58,414 bases of DNA, filler included, from Porpidia crustulata (GCA_964255105.1; 6 parts of 6 records of this genome joined end to end with filler, not necessarily neighbours in it), one strand, 5' to 3'; positions 1 through 13,698 are shown, counted from the whole stretch's first letter. The notes: generated from the letters alone by a model not told the origin. Translations and numbers: made by a program.

Positions 1-2882
1 CGGTGGAGGCTTCGACGATGTTGCCGTATTCGTCGTAGGTGACTTCGGTCTCGGCGGTGGTTTCGAGAATCTATGGTGGGTTTGGGGTTAGCGTTGATTT
101 TTTGGGATGGATATGTGAGGCGCGGGTCATGATATAAGGACTTGCACTCCTGAAACTTATCTCACAGCTCTTAAGGGCTGTCAGGTTAGGATAGATTATT
201 GGGAGAGCTACTTACGTTGCCGTATTCATCGTATTGAACCGTTTCGACTTCGGTCTCGGTTTCTACGACCTGGCCGTACTGTTCATGTATCGCGAGTCAG
301 CACATTCCGCTTGGCGGTGAGGTTGAGCTTCATGACACGTTGAGAGGGAGAGTTGGATGGATGCGTTCCAAACGCTCTCCATAATATGCTCAAACTCATA
401 GCAGGGCTTGAAGAGAAAAAGGGGCTCCAAGGATAAGCGTACCTCGTCGTACTGGACCTCCGTAGTCACTTCTTCAACCTCATATTCAATAGGGTTTCCG
501 TACTATAGGGATAGCTGGGATTAGAATTGCGATCGGGTTCAAGTTCGAGCTCGAGTGGAATACAGCGGATGTAAACGGCCGACATGCCCACATGAGTGTT
601 TGAGAGCTTTGAGCAGGGGTTAGGAAAAGGAATCATAGCTCACTTCATCGTATTGAATCTCTGTCTCCACGGTCTCGTAAACAATCTCATTGCCTGAAGC
701 ATCATACTAAATTTGGTTCTGCAGTCAGTATTGTCTCGATGGGCTGTAAGATCATCGTTCTTTGCAAAGGAGCATTCGCAATCCGCTATTCGCGGAAATC
801 AAAAATTCGTTGGCTTGCCCCACAAGATCCGATTAATTGATGGAAACAAGAAGAACAGAGCAAATGTGGGAATGAAAAGCAAACTATTGAAAGGTTCTGA
901 GACCAGATTTCGACAGAAGTCTTGTGTGTAAATCCATAAATAACATGATATATCGAAAGAAAAGGGGAACAACTGCTCGATATAATCTCCAAACACATGA
1001 GGATTCGCACACTGAAGGCCTTATGGATATTTAAGAGATTTGCAAAATCCACTTACTTCAATGTCCTGTATAGTCTCCGCAGTCGTGTATTCAATGAGGT
1101 TTCCGTCGTTGTCATACTCTGTGGTGATAGTTTCTTCCACTATTTTATTTCAGAGGTCAGCCCTTAATTCGATGGATCAAACAGTTACGTGGAGCGATAT
1201 AGTTAAAGATAGAGAGTAAATAGCAAAGCTCGGTATACTCTTGAAACACACTGGATGACAAAGATAGGGACTCGAGTAGCAAAACTAGAAATCGATCATA
1301 GAAAAACGCACCCGTCTCATATTCAATGATATTTCCAAAGGCATCACGCTCAGCCTCTACGGTTTCAGTAGTCTCAGTATCGGTGTAATTTCCGAAAGCA
1401 TCGACCTGGCGAGTTTCGATAATTTCGACGTCGCCACCTTGATAGTATGGCTGCTCCCAGCCCGGGCCAGCGGCGTAGCCGGGTCTCTCGTTGATCACTG
1501 TAACATCAACGTCCCGATTGACGATAGTAGATGGATGAGATGGATGTCCAGTCGGCAAATCGTTGAGGGCGTCGTAGGCTAAGACAGCGCCGCCACCTAG
1601 CGCAAGGCCTCCGGCAACGCCACCGGCGGCAGCAGCAGCCGTGTGTGAATGATTGGGTTGAGGAGGCGCATAGTAGTCACGGTTGAGACCCGTTGCTGGC
1701 ACTCCCACTGGAGGCGGAGCACCGTATTGCTGAGCATGCTGTTGGCCGTATTGAGGAGCATACTGCTGATACTGCTGGTTGTATTCATGATGGTATTGAG
1801 GATTATAAGGTGCGCCGTATTGTGCGTTGTAAGGAGCAGCAGGCTGCGGAGGGTATTGATTGAACTCCAAAGAACGAGCACCGGTCTGAGGCAAAGGACC
1901 GCCTGAAGGAGCTGCAGTGGGCTTCGGAGCGGCTGCTTTCGGGTCGGCGGCCTTGGCTGCAGGCTTTGGGGCGGGTTTTTCTGGGCTGAATCCGGGTCAG
2001 ATCGCTTTGCCAAGAAATGCAGCGCTAAAAAGCTTACTTTATCTTCTTGGAAAAAGAATCAAACATCAAGTTGATTCCTTTCCCAACGCCCACAGCTACT
2101 TCTGCCCCTACAGCGGTCATGATTGGATTATTGGTGGCCGCTGTTCCCACCGACTTCCCAATACCGGCAGGTACCGACTTAGGAACTGCCGTAGGTACAG
2201 GATTGGAGGCGTCTCCCAGCACAGTCCTGGGCATACCTGCAGGCGCAGCTTTGGCGGCACCAGCAACAACCACCTGTGGAGGGACGGACTGAGGCACCGG
2301 TTTGGCATTAGTGGGAGCGGCTGGAGGTTGACCAACAACGGGCACAGCTTTCGGAAGCTCCCTGGGGGTCGGGATAGGCCCAGGCATAGGCTTTCCGGCA
2401 TTGACGCCTGGCGCAACTGGCGCACCATTTGGAAGCTTGTTAGGAACCTGGTTTGGGCCTGGAATCGGCTTGGGGTATCCAGCGGTCATGCCCGGTGCAG
2501 CGGCAGGTTTCGGAGCAGTACCCGCCTGAGGAGCGGCCGGCTTGGGGTATCCAGCGGTCGTGCCTGGTGCAGCGGCAGGTTTCGGAGCAGTACCCGCCTG
2601 AGGAGCGGCTGGAACAGCCTTGCTGCCAGCTGTTGGTACAGCCGCCGGGGCATTCGGTCCTCCAGCTCCGGGAGGCTGTACAACTTTTCTTACTACTCGT
2701 TTGGGATCCGCTGCAGGTCCGTTCGGGTTAGCAATGGGTGGAGCGTCTACAATGGTGCCGTCTGGTCTTTTGATCACCCTTCGGACAACCTTCTTCGTCC
2801 CTGCAGGAGCGTTTCCGGCAGCCGGGCCTGGGCCTCCCGGGGCTGGTCTCGCAACCGGCGTACTTGGTGGTGCGGCACTCAT
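1..2882 (-). CDS. Multi-exon protein with Pro/Ala-rich N-terminus, Q/Y/G-rich middle and C-terminal acidic YD-like repeats; 3' end runs off the window
   Basis: Manual splicing: exons 2882-2038, ~1987-1312, 1139-1057, 706-644, 502-443, 278-216, 70-<1. All have GT donors (gtaagc, gtgcgt, gtaagt, gtgagc, gtacgc, gtaagt) and YAG acceptors, and the frame stays open: ...RDAFGNIIEYETVEETITTEYDNDGNLIEYTTAETIQDIEYDASGNEIVYETVETEIQYDEYGNPIEYEVEEVTTEVQYDEYGQVVETETEVETVQYDEYGNILETTAETEVTYDEYGNIVEAST. Confidence 0.8.
2467..2609. repeat. Intragenic 72-bp tandem duplication (24 aa, PAAPQAGTAPKPAAAPG[T/M]TAGYPK)
   Basis: ggcttggggtatccagcggtc...gaggagcggc begins at 2467 and again at 2539, near-identical. 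Confidence 0.9.
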
Positions 2883-4141
2883 TTTGGAGAGCTGTGAGAT
2901 GATTCCACTGCAGACTGGCTTTTGCTCTCCGATGACTAGAATGACGAATGAAAAACTGGTCTACTCAGTTCCTATTGCCTATAAGATTAAAGCTGTCTTG
3001 TCAGTTAGCTTGAAGCTCCATTTCCCGTAGGCAGATGTGAGGCAGGTACACACATGCAATGAAAAATCAAATATGACACCTGAAAAGTCAGCTCCTTGTA
3101 CAGCCAAAGACAGACAATTGCAGTAGAGGAACCAGAAATGTTTCTAGTGGGAGATGAGGGGTTCTTGTAGCTATATATGGCGCTGGACGCCTTAATCTCA
3201 AATCGCGCACTATCAACATTATCATGAACCTGCAGTCACAACTCATCCAAGCAAGCCGAAATGAGACGGGAACACTCATTGGCACAGCGTCTCCAGCTGA
3301 CAAGCACATGCATTAGCTCCGCCTCTATCAATCTCTTCAGCCCAAAGACTCAGGAGGTTGATGCCGGACTGAGCTCAGCCTCACGCCGTCACGGCAGGTC
3401 CGCCCAGTAGTCAGCATTTTTCCTCTCCACCTCATAGGTCGGCTCACCGCCATTTCCCTCGGGGACCCAGTCGAAACACTTTCTAATCAAAGACTGCAGG
3501 AGGGGGCCGCGTTTCGAACGAGAGAAATGAAAGTTCTACAAGGCCTGTTCCGGGCAGGAGCATAATAAGTTGGATTTAACGAACAGCCCCCAATCTTCAT
3601 GTACCGCGCTAACAGCCCTAGATTCGATAACTAACCGATATAATGCAAAGTTGGAGGGTTCGCATCGCATCGACATGATAGAACAAGGGGCCATTGAATC
3701 AGTGATAGTAACCCATGTCTCGGTCATATCAAAACCGACTGTACTACAACATCCATACCGTGACATGGAAATGTCATAGATCAAATACCTAGTTATCAAA
3801 GTTGGCGACTTCAGCGTTTCGTGAGTCCATAAAGTCAAAAGAACTTTCACGAAGATATCCGGAGGGACGGAGCGAAAGTAAACCTCGAAATGTTCACGGC
3901 ATCGATTTCCACAAACGCTAATGTGACCATAGTATATGTATGTTCAAGCGCTAATCCTATTCGCTTGCAGAGAAAACGACCACCGCTGGAGGACACAAAA
4001 CGCTATCCATCAGACTTCTATCCATGCAGCACGGAGTGTGTAAGAAACGCCGCTATGCAAGCCTTACATTCCAAGTATATGGGTATCGTAGAACATAAAA
4101 GAGATAACCACGCTGAAGCCAATGCGTCCGATAGCAACTCA

Positions 4142-6982
4142 TCAAACGTCCGGTGTCATTAATGCAGGAGGATCCGTCATGCTCAATCTTGGCAGTGGAT
4201 GAATCGACGGCAGATGCTTGTGTCTGCTTGGTGGATCCTTCAACGGCGGTGGCGGTGGTGCTCGGTCGGGACAAGGAGGTGAAGTCCCTCTTTCTCCCGC
4301 GATATCATCCTTCTGGTTGTTGGGACTGTGATCCCTGCTCCCCGCTTCCCCATCCTCTTCCACCACCGGCAGCGTCTGGCCTCCGACTCCCGGGGCGGTT
4401 TCCGCGCTTGGGCTTCGTACCGATGTGAGCGTTCTATCCGGCAAACTTTCCTCAACAGCACCTTGCTGCTCCGTCTTATGCGCCTGTTTCTCCGCCTTGT
4501 ATATCACTTTATCGGTCGAGGTCCGGGATATTCCAAAGCTCGTCTGTCGACGTCCACCGTCGACTTGATCACCGCTTTGCTTTTCACGCTCAGCTTCATC
4601 AGCGGTCATGGTGAGACCTGTGATGAATTTAATGAAGCGCTCGCCGTAATCTTCGGGAGGGATCGGAGAGATTTGCGATTTATTGTGCGACATGCCTTTC
4701 CAGAAGTGCTCTGCTCTTTTTACCAAGCCATACTAGGATTGAATTAGCGTCTCTGGACTACATTAGATGTTAGGGTGAGGTACATACGTGTGTCAAGCAG
4801 TCTATGACGCCGAGGTAGTAGATCTTGTCGCCTGGCCGCCCATCATCGTGACTTGCCCTGAACCCGCCATCATCACTGTAGAAAACAAAATTCTTCCGCT
4901 CCTCCAATAATTCATCCGGCATCTTGCTAGTACTCTTATCCATTGGAACCGGCTTTTGGGTCTTGATTATGTGGCGTAGCTGCCTCGCCTTGCGCGCAGT
5001 CTCAAGTTTTGATGGCGTTCGCATAAGCATACTCACTTCTGGTTCTTCATTTGCCTCCCCTCCAGGCTGGAATACTTGAAGGGTCTTGTCCCGCAGGTTT
5101 TCTTCATTGCCTTTACTCATGTCGTGTATGCCAACTAACAGGGAATAATCCATAATTTTTAGCTTTCGTAAAAGGGCTACGTCATGCTTCAGTTGTTCCA
5201 CAAAGATGTACTTCTTGTCAGGTCCAAATTCAAAACGATAGTCCCTTCGCAGCCAATTCAAATCTTTCAAGGTCGCCCGTGGATTACGCTCGAGATCTTC
5301 TTCCTTGAAGTCCCTCCCGATTGTCGAGCCTTTGAGGTCAAAAGTTTGGTGTATATCTCGATGTGGAGGGAACAAGTTGTTCATTATGACGAAGTGTATT
5401 TTCCTACCATAAGGTAATTTGACTCGATGAAGGCCATAGAACTGGGATAAGAGCGTGTTTGGGTGACGATCTATATGGGCGTAATATTCTCTTAATATTT
5501 TCCTGAGAAGTTTGTGCTCGGCATGATGGATCGTTTTGATGATATACTTATAGTCGCGGGAGAAATAAAAGAAACTTCCACTTTTCCCTGGTGATCCAAG
5601 CTCAGAGAGGATGTATTTGCTTGTCAAAGACATCAAATAATCTCCAGGATCGAGGTGGAATTTGGCCCTGAGATTACGAAACACCCAGGGCGCGTAGTCT
5701 TTGAATTTGAAATCATATTTCGCAGACGGAGTTAGTTCATTCCCAGTGCTTGAGGGGTATTGTGTTAGCCATATGAGATCTGAAGTATAGTCGACCACCA
5801 GGAAACTCACATATCGAAGGAGAACTTGTGTCTCGCGTCAAAGTCTGCATCCGTCAACTCCCGATCAAGTTTAGCATTGGTTCTCGAGACAGTAAAGCGT
5901 ATGCCAGTCAGCATATTATATGCGGTGACCCAATTCACATGGTTCATGTCAACCTTGGTTCCTACCATCACCCGGTCATCCTCTTCCTCCTCTTTCTTCT
6001 TTCTTCTACTACTTCTCTTCTGACGGATGGTTTCCGTCCACCTTGCCACATCTCCATCCGGTGGTATCTCATCTAAATATAGGTCGGAGTGTATGGAACG
6101 TGTATTCCGCCTAATCAGGTTTGCGGAATTCCTGCTCGTGTGATAGGTGGGCGACATTCGTTCGCTCTCGGTGAATGCATCATCGGAAGCGTTCGTAGGT
6201 GATGTGAAATCTCGAGAGGTTCGGCTGGTTGATAGCCTTGGAACTTGAAGGGTGTGACGATGTTGCAAGCTTGGCGCTCGTGGATGCAAAGATGTGGGTG
6301 AACTCACGCCATACTGTTGATTTTGGTTAGGGTAATTGGAAGGAGACGAGAATTTGTTCGGAGCTTCTGAGTCCTTTTGGGCTGTTACTAACTGTTCGCT
6401 GTTGGGGCCAACGGTCGTTTGCTGATGATTACTGTTTGCACTGATGTGGGTGGTAGGCGGTGCGGAAGATGAATGCGCCCTTGCGTGCCCAGAACGATAA
6501 CTGTTCCCAAGCTGTCCGGTCTCTGCAGGCTTCGGGCCATGATTCATTGCGGTGTTCCCGTTTGTCTGCGGCTGGGGATGGGCATGGTCCAGCATACTGT
6601 GCTTCACCAGGCCATTAATAGGTCCAGGGCTCTGCCTACCACTCTCACCATGACCTCCAGACCCACTTGCCATTGAATGATTGCTCTCATTCCTCGAATG
6701 CGCATTCTCCCTGCTCTCCGTGCTCCCACTGGTTCTCCCATTTGGCAGTGAATGCAGGCTCGGATTCAGCCCATTCGGTCCGCTTAGGAAAACCCCATCA
6801 ACTATGTGTTTATTCCCACCAGAACCATCCATTGCGAAGCTATTCATTAATCTTCCTACTGTATTCGGAGACCGCTGTGCTTGCTTTTCTTGAGAGGGCC
6901 GATGAGGCGGCTCAAAAGGTGAGGATTCGCTCGCAGTCAAGTGTACAGGCTCGCCGACCAAATCCGACAAAAGCGAAGGCAT
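4142..6982 (-). CDS. MSS4: Phosphatidylinositol-4-phosphate 5-kinase
   Basis: Exons 6982-5811, 5748-4788, 4732-4142. PIP5K motifs [64 protein letters not shown]. Confidence 0.95.
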
Positions 6983-8270
6983 GTTGGAAAGGAAGTACAA
7001 CGATTCTTATACAGCCAAGGAACAGTGATTTCTGTGGCCTGGTCAAATCTTGAGGACTGTCTTTGACCGGCTTCTCGATCATGCAGTCTTCATACTTCCT
7101 CCCATACAGCTGCTTTCCAGATAGAACCAAGTCCTGCAATGGCTGACTTCATGAAGCTATTGGGACCACGGATCCAGTGACGACTACTTGACGACGGGTC
7201 TATTCAACGCAGTCAAGATCAAAGCCGTTCCCGCTGGAAAAGGCTTGTTGCATTAATTCCGCTTCACTCATCCAATATTAAGTGAGAGGTCGCGAGTCTC
7301 GGACCAATAATCAGAGGAAATGGAATAGTTTCGATTGCATTGGCCGTTGTCCCGGAATAAATCGTCGCGAGTAACGGCAGGATTTGGACCTGGGAAGTCG
7401 GCAATTGCATGTCCCGACTCAGCCTTACAGTAAATTACACCTAGCCACCTAGCCACACGGGAATCCAAAAAATCCATACACCAAAAATCGATCTCTATGA
7501 ATATAAATTAGATTTAATGATTATTTGTAGAAGATTTTTCGATGATTCTACGTAATCTGACTGTTGTGCCGTTCAATCTCGTCGTTTGCATTCATTATCA
7601 GTTAACTTTGTAGCGTTCATGTGTTCTATATTAACTTTGATGTTGTGGGCGGGAAATCGATATTTGCGGTATGGATATTTTTGCCTGGGTGCCAGCGCAA
7701 GTGAGGTTCCCTCGCCCGAAAAGTTCTTCTCCTTGGTACGGAACAGAGAGACTATTTCTAGACGATATACTTTAGAAAGTGTGTTCCTTGACCAAACTTC
7801 GTAGGTCACTATTCTACATAGCAGTCCACCCAAAGACAAGATTTGTTTGCTTTGTTATGCGGCCTTCCGTGCACAAATAAAGGGGTGTTAGAGTCTGGTC
7901 GCACAGGGTCACTCTGAAGCCTTTGGGAATCACGTCTGCAACGCCAACACTGAGTCTGTAAGCCTTCAAAAGCACGAATAGAGAATCACGAAACACAAGT
8001 TTGTAGAGTGCATTTAGTATATCCAGCAGGAATATAGTTACAGCAAGAAACCCTTCGTGACACAACGCCTCTTAGCTACAATGGCAGCGGCAGCATAAAA
8101 CCCTTCATTCCGGCTGCAGACAACAAGGAAATCCATAATACCCGCGTCCTAGGTCCGTCATACGTAGAGTGTATAACGCGACCGAGATCATACAAACTCC
8201 ATGCACACCCTTCTCTCAGACCCAACCACAACCCTAGAGTGTTAACAAGAATGAAGCTATATAGAAGAGC

Positions 8271-9603
8271 CTAGGTGGTGGCAGCAGCTTCAGCCTTCTT
8301 TTTCGGTGTTGCGGTCTTCTTGGCCGCGGCAGCCTTCTTTGGTGCGGCTTTCTTAACCGGAGCAGTGGTCTTAGCTGGGCCTTTGGTGACGCGCCCTGAT
8401 TTGGTTTTGCCGAGTACCTTTTCTTGTTCTACAATTGCAGGAGCCTATGGTGACAAATTAACGTGAGTTGAAAGAGAGGTAACAAGATCACATACGGCTG
8501 CAGGTGTCTTGCGTTTACTCTTGGTATTGGCTTTGGGCTTGGGTGCGGCAGCCTTCTTCGTGGCTGTGGCCTTTTTAGGTGCTGCGGCTTTGGCTTTGAT
8601 TGCCGTCTTCTTTGCTGGAGCAGCCTCGGTAGCGGCCTTCGAAGGGCGCCCAGGTGACTTAGCCCCAGTAGCCTTCTGTAGAAAGGTCAGCTCAGCGCAA
8701 GGGCTATAGGATGCTGAGGTTCGATTTAGGTACACACCTTTGGGGCAGCCGGCTTTTTCTCCGTGGCTGGCTTTGCCGAAGCAGTTTTCTTTGCGAGCTT
8801 TACAGTACCTGAGGAGCCTACGTATGCCAATGTTAGACGCAAGTTATCGTAGCGATAGAAGGAGATCTCATGTCTTTTCCATATCAATGGATAATCGTCA
8901 AAGTAAAAAGCAATTAGTAAACAAGAGGAAAGCACCTATTTTAATAGGCTAATATGGAATGAGGTTGTTGCTGAAGCATTTTTCGGCCGAAGCAATACTG
9001 AAAGCTAAGGGAAATCAAGACTCACCCTTGGGTTGTTCAAAGTCGCCCTTCTCCACCCCTGTGCGGATGGCTTTGTTGAATTGGACGTCAAAGACAGCAC
9101 CAGAGGCGGCAGAGGTTTTATTGTTCGCAAGAATATACTTCTTAATTGCTGGGCGGCTTCGCAGGGGATTTAAGTCAGCATAATACTTTTCAAAACAACG
9201 CGCTTAAGCAAATAGTGCGACAACGTGCGAAAGACCTGTACAAGACGCTTACCTGCTACCATTGCGTTCCTTGAGCTGCACCGATAGAAGTCGCGTCAGC
9301 ATATGGGATTTTGAATAGCGACTTAAGACGTGGAAAAGTCGGGTTTTCGATAGAAATTTGCTTCCGAGTGGCAACTAGACGAATGCGCGTGGGGATGTGA
9401 ACTTACACTGAGAATAGCTTCTTTGATCATATCTGTGATGCCGCATCAGTAAGATTCCGCGATCATGTTACAATGATGATTAAAGCTATGCGACATTGTG
9501 GAGGGGACTCAGACAAGAATAACACACCTTTGTAGGACGCATGACCGGGAGCGGCAGCGGCCTTCTTTGGTGCGGCAGCAGTTGTGGCTTTCTTGGTAGG
9601 CAT
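8271..9603 (-). CDS. HHO1: Linker histone H1 (7 exons)
   Basis: Exons 9603-9528, 9432-9407, 9275-9253, 9156-9026, 8817-8738, 8675-8496, 8444-8271 splice to MPTKKA...[34 protein letters not shown]...FEQPKGSSGTVKLAKK plus a K/A/P-rich tail, the H15 globular domain signature. Confidence 0.95.
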
Positions 9604-9691
9604 AATTAATTATGGAGATGAACTGAGAGTCGTATGGACGAGGATTGGAATGAGGTGCTGCACGTGGGATTTGGGGTATATTGTTGTTAAT

Positions 9692-9791
9692 NNNNNNNNN
9701 NNNNNNNNNNNNNNNNNNNNNNNNNNNNNNNNNNNTTAATTAATTAANNNNNNNNNNNNNNNNNNNNNNNNNNNNNNNNNNNNNNNNNNNN
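9692..9791. other. Artificial contig linker (N44-TTAATTAATTAA-N44)
   Basis: Exactly 100 bp, a six-frame-stop oligo flanked by Ns; identical at five places. Confidence 0.98.
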
Positions 9792-10124
9792 GTGGGATAG
9801 GGGAAACGGAGATGTGGGATGGCGGGATGTGAATGGATCGAAATCACTTGTGTTAGATTGCGGTTTAACTCTCACTTCCAACATCACAAGCTACCTTCAA
9901 TTGATCCAGGCGACGATTGAATGATTTGAGTAAAAGGGTTTTATATTAAGATTTTCCGATTAGGAAATGTGGTATCATTGTGGACCGCTCCCTGCTCCCT
10001 TCTCTCTTCTTACTCAAACGACGCTGCAAGTCAAATCCGCCAGGCTCAGACAAAAGAAAGGTTCATCGTGATGATGGAAGCGAGTGGTCAGGACGCCATA
10101 CTTGCGACCCGTACATCTCGGCCT

Positions 10125-12880
10125 CTAGTAATAAATCTTCTCCTGATAAATCGGAGGACGCCCTTGCTCGTGATCCCACACCAACTTGTTCTTCTCGTCG
10201 AAACTGGCAGACTCGTCGGTCATGGGAATAATCTTACTGCTGTGCCGGCATTCCTGCCTGCTGACGCCCATGCTGTCACGCGGGATCCAGAGCATTGGCG
10301 TGGGAGAAGCAATGGCAGGGTGGTAGTATGCGTCACGCTCCGTAATGGGACTGTAGACAATATCGGCGAACCCTGAAGGGACCAGGCGGCGCAGAGTCTG
10401 ATAGTCTGTGTAAATTTCCGGGTGAAGGAATTTGGTGACAAAGTTGGGTTTCTTATGAGGGGCCGGTTGAAGACCCTTGCCGGCATTGGAAGCGGAATCG
10501 CCATTGCGGGTGAGACTGGTCGTTGCTGCACCTTTATCGTCGGTCATATCTCCATTGACTCTCCCGTCTTCAATAGCCAGTAAAGCTTCCTCCTCGGCCT
10601 CCAAAGACTTGGGAAGATATAAGAGTAAGGGGTCCATGGCGGAATTGAGTGAAACGTGGAACAGGACAATAAAGACGAGAAAGACAATCATTAGAATTAG
10701 TGGGCCAATGGCGGTACTGAGGGCAAACAATCCTATTAGACAGACAATGGCGAGATAGACACCAGTCGTGGTCTGTTGCAGGGCACGAGGGTAAACAAGA
10801 CCTTTGGTATCGACTTGTGCATTGAAGACAAATAGTAGATTATAGCGATAGGCGAGGTAGATCAGGTAGAGACCGATTGTGGCAAAGCCAAGGACTAGAG
10901 GTGCGATGATCGAATACGTAATAGCTATCAAGAATGAGCTTTGCTTATCTGGGCTTCAGATTCGACTCACCAATGACTGTCAAGTTGGTATAAATAGGAA
11001 ACACAGTACCCCAGCCTAACCCGGAGAGATTGGACCATCTCTTGAACATCTTCCGCGGTGTTGTATCCAGGAATTTGCCCAATATTTTGAACAAAATCAC
11101 TCCAATTATCTGCACCACTGCACCGGAACTAATGGTCAAACCTTGAAGGACAAAGTACGAAATGTAGAAGTTGGAGGCCTTTGGCAGACTGGTGGCTAAT
11201 AGCGTAGGGGCGTCGGCTGGTTTATCGAAGACTTTCTGGAATGACGCAGCGGCCGAGGAGGTCACAGTTGTGATAAGAAATACTTGAATGACCTGGAACA
11301 AGAAGTAGAAGTTTTGCGTCCGAAGTTCGACCGCCGCTAGCGATGGGCAGCCACCCACTTTCGACATCTTTCGTAGAATGATGGGAAGTAGGGCCATCAG
11401 GACGGCAAGAAGCACAGCCGGTAAAAGACCTTGGACGAGGCCGAATATAGTCGGGGGAATCTTATTCAAGAATGACAACCAAGTCAAACCTGGGGTCTTT
11501 TCCAATGCTCCAATGTTAGATAAGACACCAACAAGGGCCACAGGAATAGACCAGAAAATAATGAGCAAGGTTACCAAGGAGATGGTCACGATGTTTCGAA
11601 TGATTCTCGCCGCCCATTTGATCTTCAGGTTTTTCCAAATGACCTGGTCGGGTTGGATCCCAATAAAGCGAGGCGCCATGTGCAGAGCTTGATGATGGCT
11701 GAGACTCTGGTATGCCGATTGAGCTTCCGACTGGCTGTAGAATTCCACAAAAACAGAGTTGATGAATTTGGCTTGTCCGGCGCGGTACTTGGCTTGAAGA
11801 GCGGTAATTTTTGGAACGAGACGTTCGAGTTCAAGCCTGCACCAATTGATGGTGTCAACTTTTTTCCCGATAAGGAATTTGAGACGATGAGTGGGTCGAT
11901 CCTTGGGTTTCAACCAATGAGCCGCGGCCGATCCAGATTCACCGTCCATGTTTGCTTCTCCCACGTTGCCAGTCTCGTGGGAACCACCCTTTTTAATCGA
12001 CTTGAGGCGGGCTGCGTTGGCAAGTTTGACGAGCTTGGTCTCTGCTGCCTCGAGTTTGTACGCAACCTTGTCACGCTCTTCCACCAATTTTTCAATCTCC
12101 TCGCATTCATTGGCAATCCAGAGGTTCTTCACCTGCTTTCCGAACATGCGGCGAAGCTTTGCTTCATTGAGATATTCGGTCGGTACGGAGGTGAAAAGAA
12201 CTGTCCTCGAAGACATACGGCTTGCGTACAATGGCGAAAGAAGGTATGCTTGACGCAAATTGACGTAGTAGATGCTCTCACGCATGACCATGTAGAATAT
12301 AAATCCTATCCCGTAAGCATGCTTTCATGGGAAATTTGAAGTAACTCACCAAGATAAATCCATGCCACAAAGGTATGTGCATAGTATCGATTCTTGTCAA
12401 CCACATTACCGAAACTCAACATGTCGAATTGTTTCCCTGGTCCATGACCTGTTGCGTTGACTGGCAACAACACGGGAAAGGTAATGCAGCAACCGACAAA
12501 GGTCATTGCCGAGGCGATCTTGAGATATCGCAATAGAAGAAAAGCGTCGAGGGAGTGATGATTAAGGACATAGCTGTCGGGGATTTTGTTGAACACGCCA
12601 AACCAATTGAACAACCCTGTAGGCAAGTCTGGCGAGCGTTCTCTACAAACAAAGCTTGTCAGTGCCGCCTGATTCTTTGATTGGGAAGAATTCTAACTCA
12701 CTGTGGACGCAGGGAACCCAAAAAGCTCCTGGGGCCATAATTACGCGAGAGCTTGGGGCGCAAGACCAAAAATATTACAAAGTAAATGGCAGCGACCACC
12801 AAGACCGGTACCAATGTGGACACAAAAGACGACAGCGAGGCGCTGGCGTTTGTGGACGAATCGGTCTGGCCTGTCGACAT
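10125..12880 (-). CDS. OSCA/TMEM63 (CSC1/RSN1-like, DUF221) calcium-permeable stress-gated channel
   Basis: Four ORF segments joined by short introns. Motifs LDAFLLLRYLKI, LLPVNATG, SRTVLFTSVP, LATSLPKASNFYISYF, YSIIAPLVLGF, YRYNLLFV, DTKGLVYPRAL; many TM segments. Confidence 0.92.
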
Positions 12881-13698
12881 GATTGCGACTCTTCACACTC
12901 CGTCGAGGAGGTTTGACAGTGAAGATGTACAAGTCAAGATCGAATTGAAGACGGTCGGTGATAGGGAAAAGATGAGGAATGAGATCTGGTCTCCTGGACA
13001 GCGCAGTCGTTGGGCCAGTGAGTTGGATTCTGTGTGAGGGTGAAATTAGGTGTGACGATCGGTTGTCACGCTACTTCCAAGTTTGTGTACGGAATTTGCC
13101 ATAATAATAGATCAATATTGCCAAGACGCGAATATAATTTTAATTGCGACCGCAAGTGGATCTGTCTTCAATTTGTAAAGTCTTTCTGACGATTTAAAGC
13201 GGAGAGATGGAATTGACAGAGGAATCCCTCTTTCGGTACCATGATAAGAGGAGTCGATTGCTTCAATTGCCGTGTACTAGGAATGATATCGGAAGTCTAT
13301 CTACGTATGTATCTAGATATCTATGTACGACCTTCTCCGCACCACACACTCCTACTCCAACTTCTTACAGTAGACACTAACCTGTCTCGCGTGCAACCAC
13401 AATCGAGGACGCGTGCGCCACAGCTCACCGTATGCGCTTTCTTGCCTCCTTCTCTCGCAAAGACAATTGGCCTCAAGTCACCAATTGGTGTCAATTGGAC
13501 CGTATCTCGCCTCACACTCTAATTGTCGGAAATAGCCAGGCGCCTGGGCCCTCGCGCATCTCACATAGTGTGGCTAATGACGTCGCTGTGCGGGACTATC
13601 CACCAGATCCCTGTGTCAGCTGGACGGCCCCCCCCCGGGCCCCCGAGCCCACAAATACCCGCCCTCCAGGCGGGGTGTGTTGTGTATGGGTGAGAGAG

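Noticed and set aside
167..178. Possible extra 12-nt micro-exon (PLRA) within the 215-71 intron
   Set aside because: It would need an upstream intron of under 40 nt and it breaks the YDEYGN-IL repeat register.
1917..2897. 326-aa plus-strand ORF and other long antisense ORFs (11653..12339, 26899..27396, 47752..48318)
   Set aside because: They are shadows of real genes on the opposite strand, with no recognisable motifs.
9736..9747. TTAATTAATTAA palindrome recurring every ~9.7 kb
   Set aside because: Always centred in 44+44 Ns; it is an assembly linker with stops in six frames. ORFs ending in ...XXXLIN are artefacts of it.
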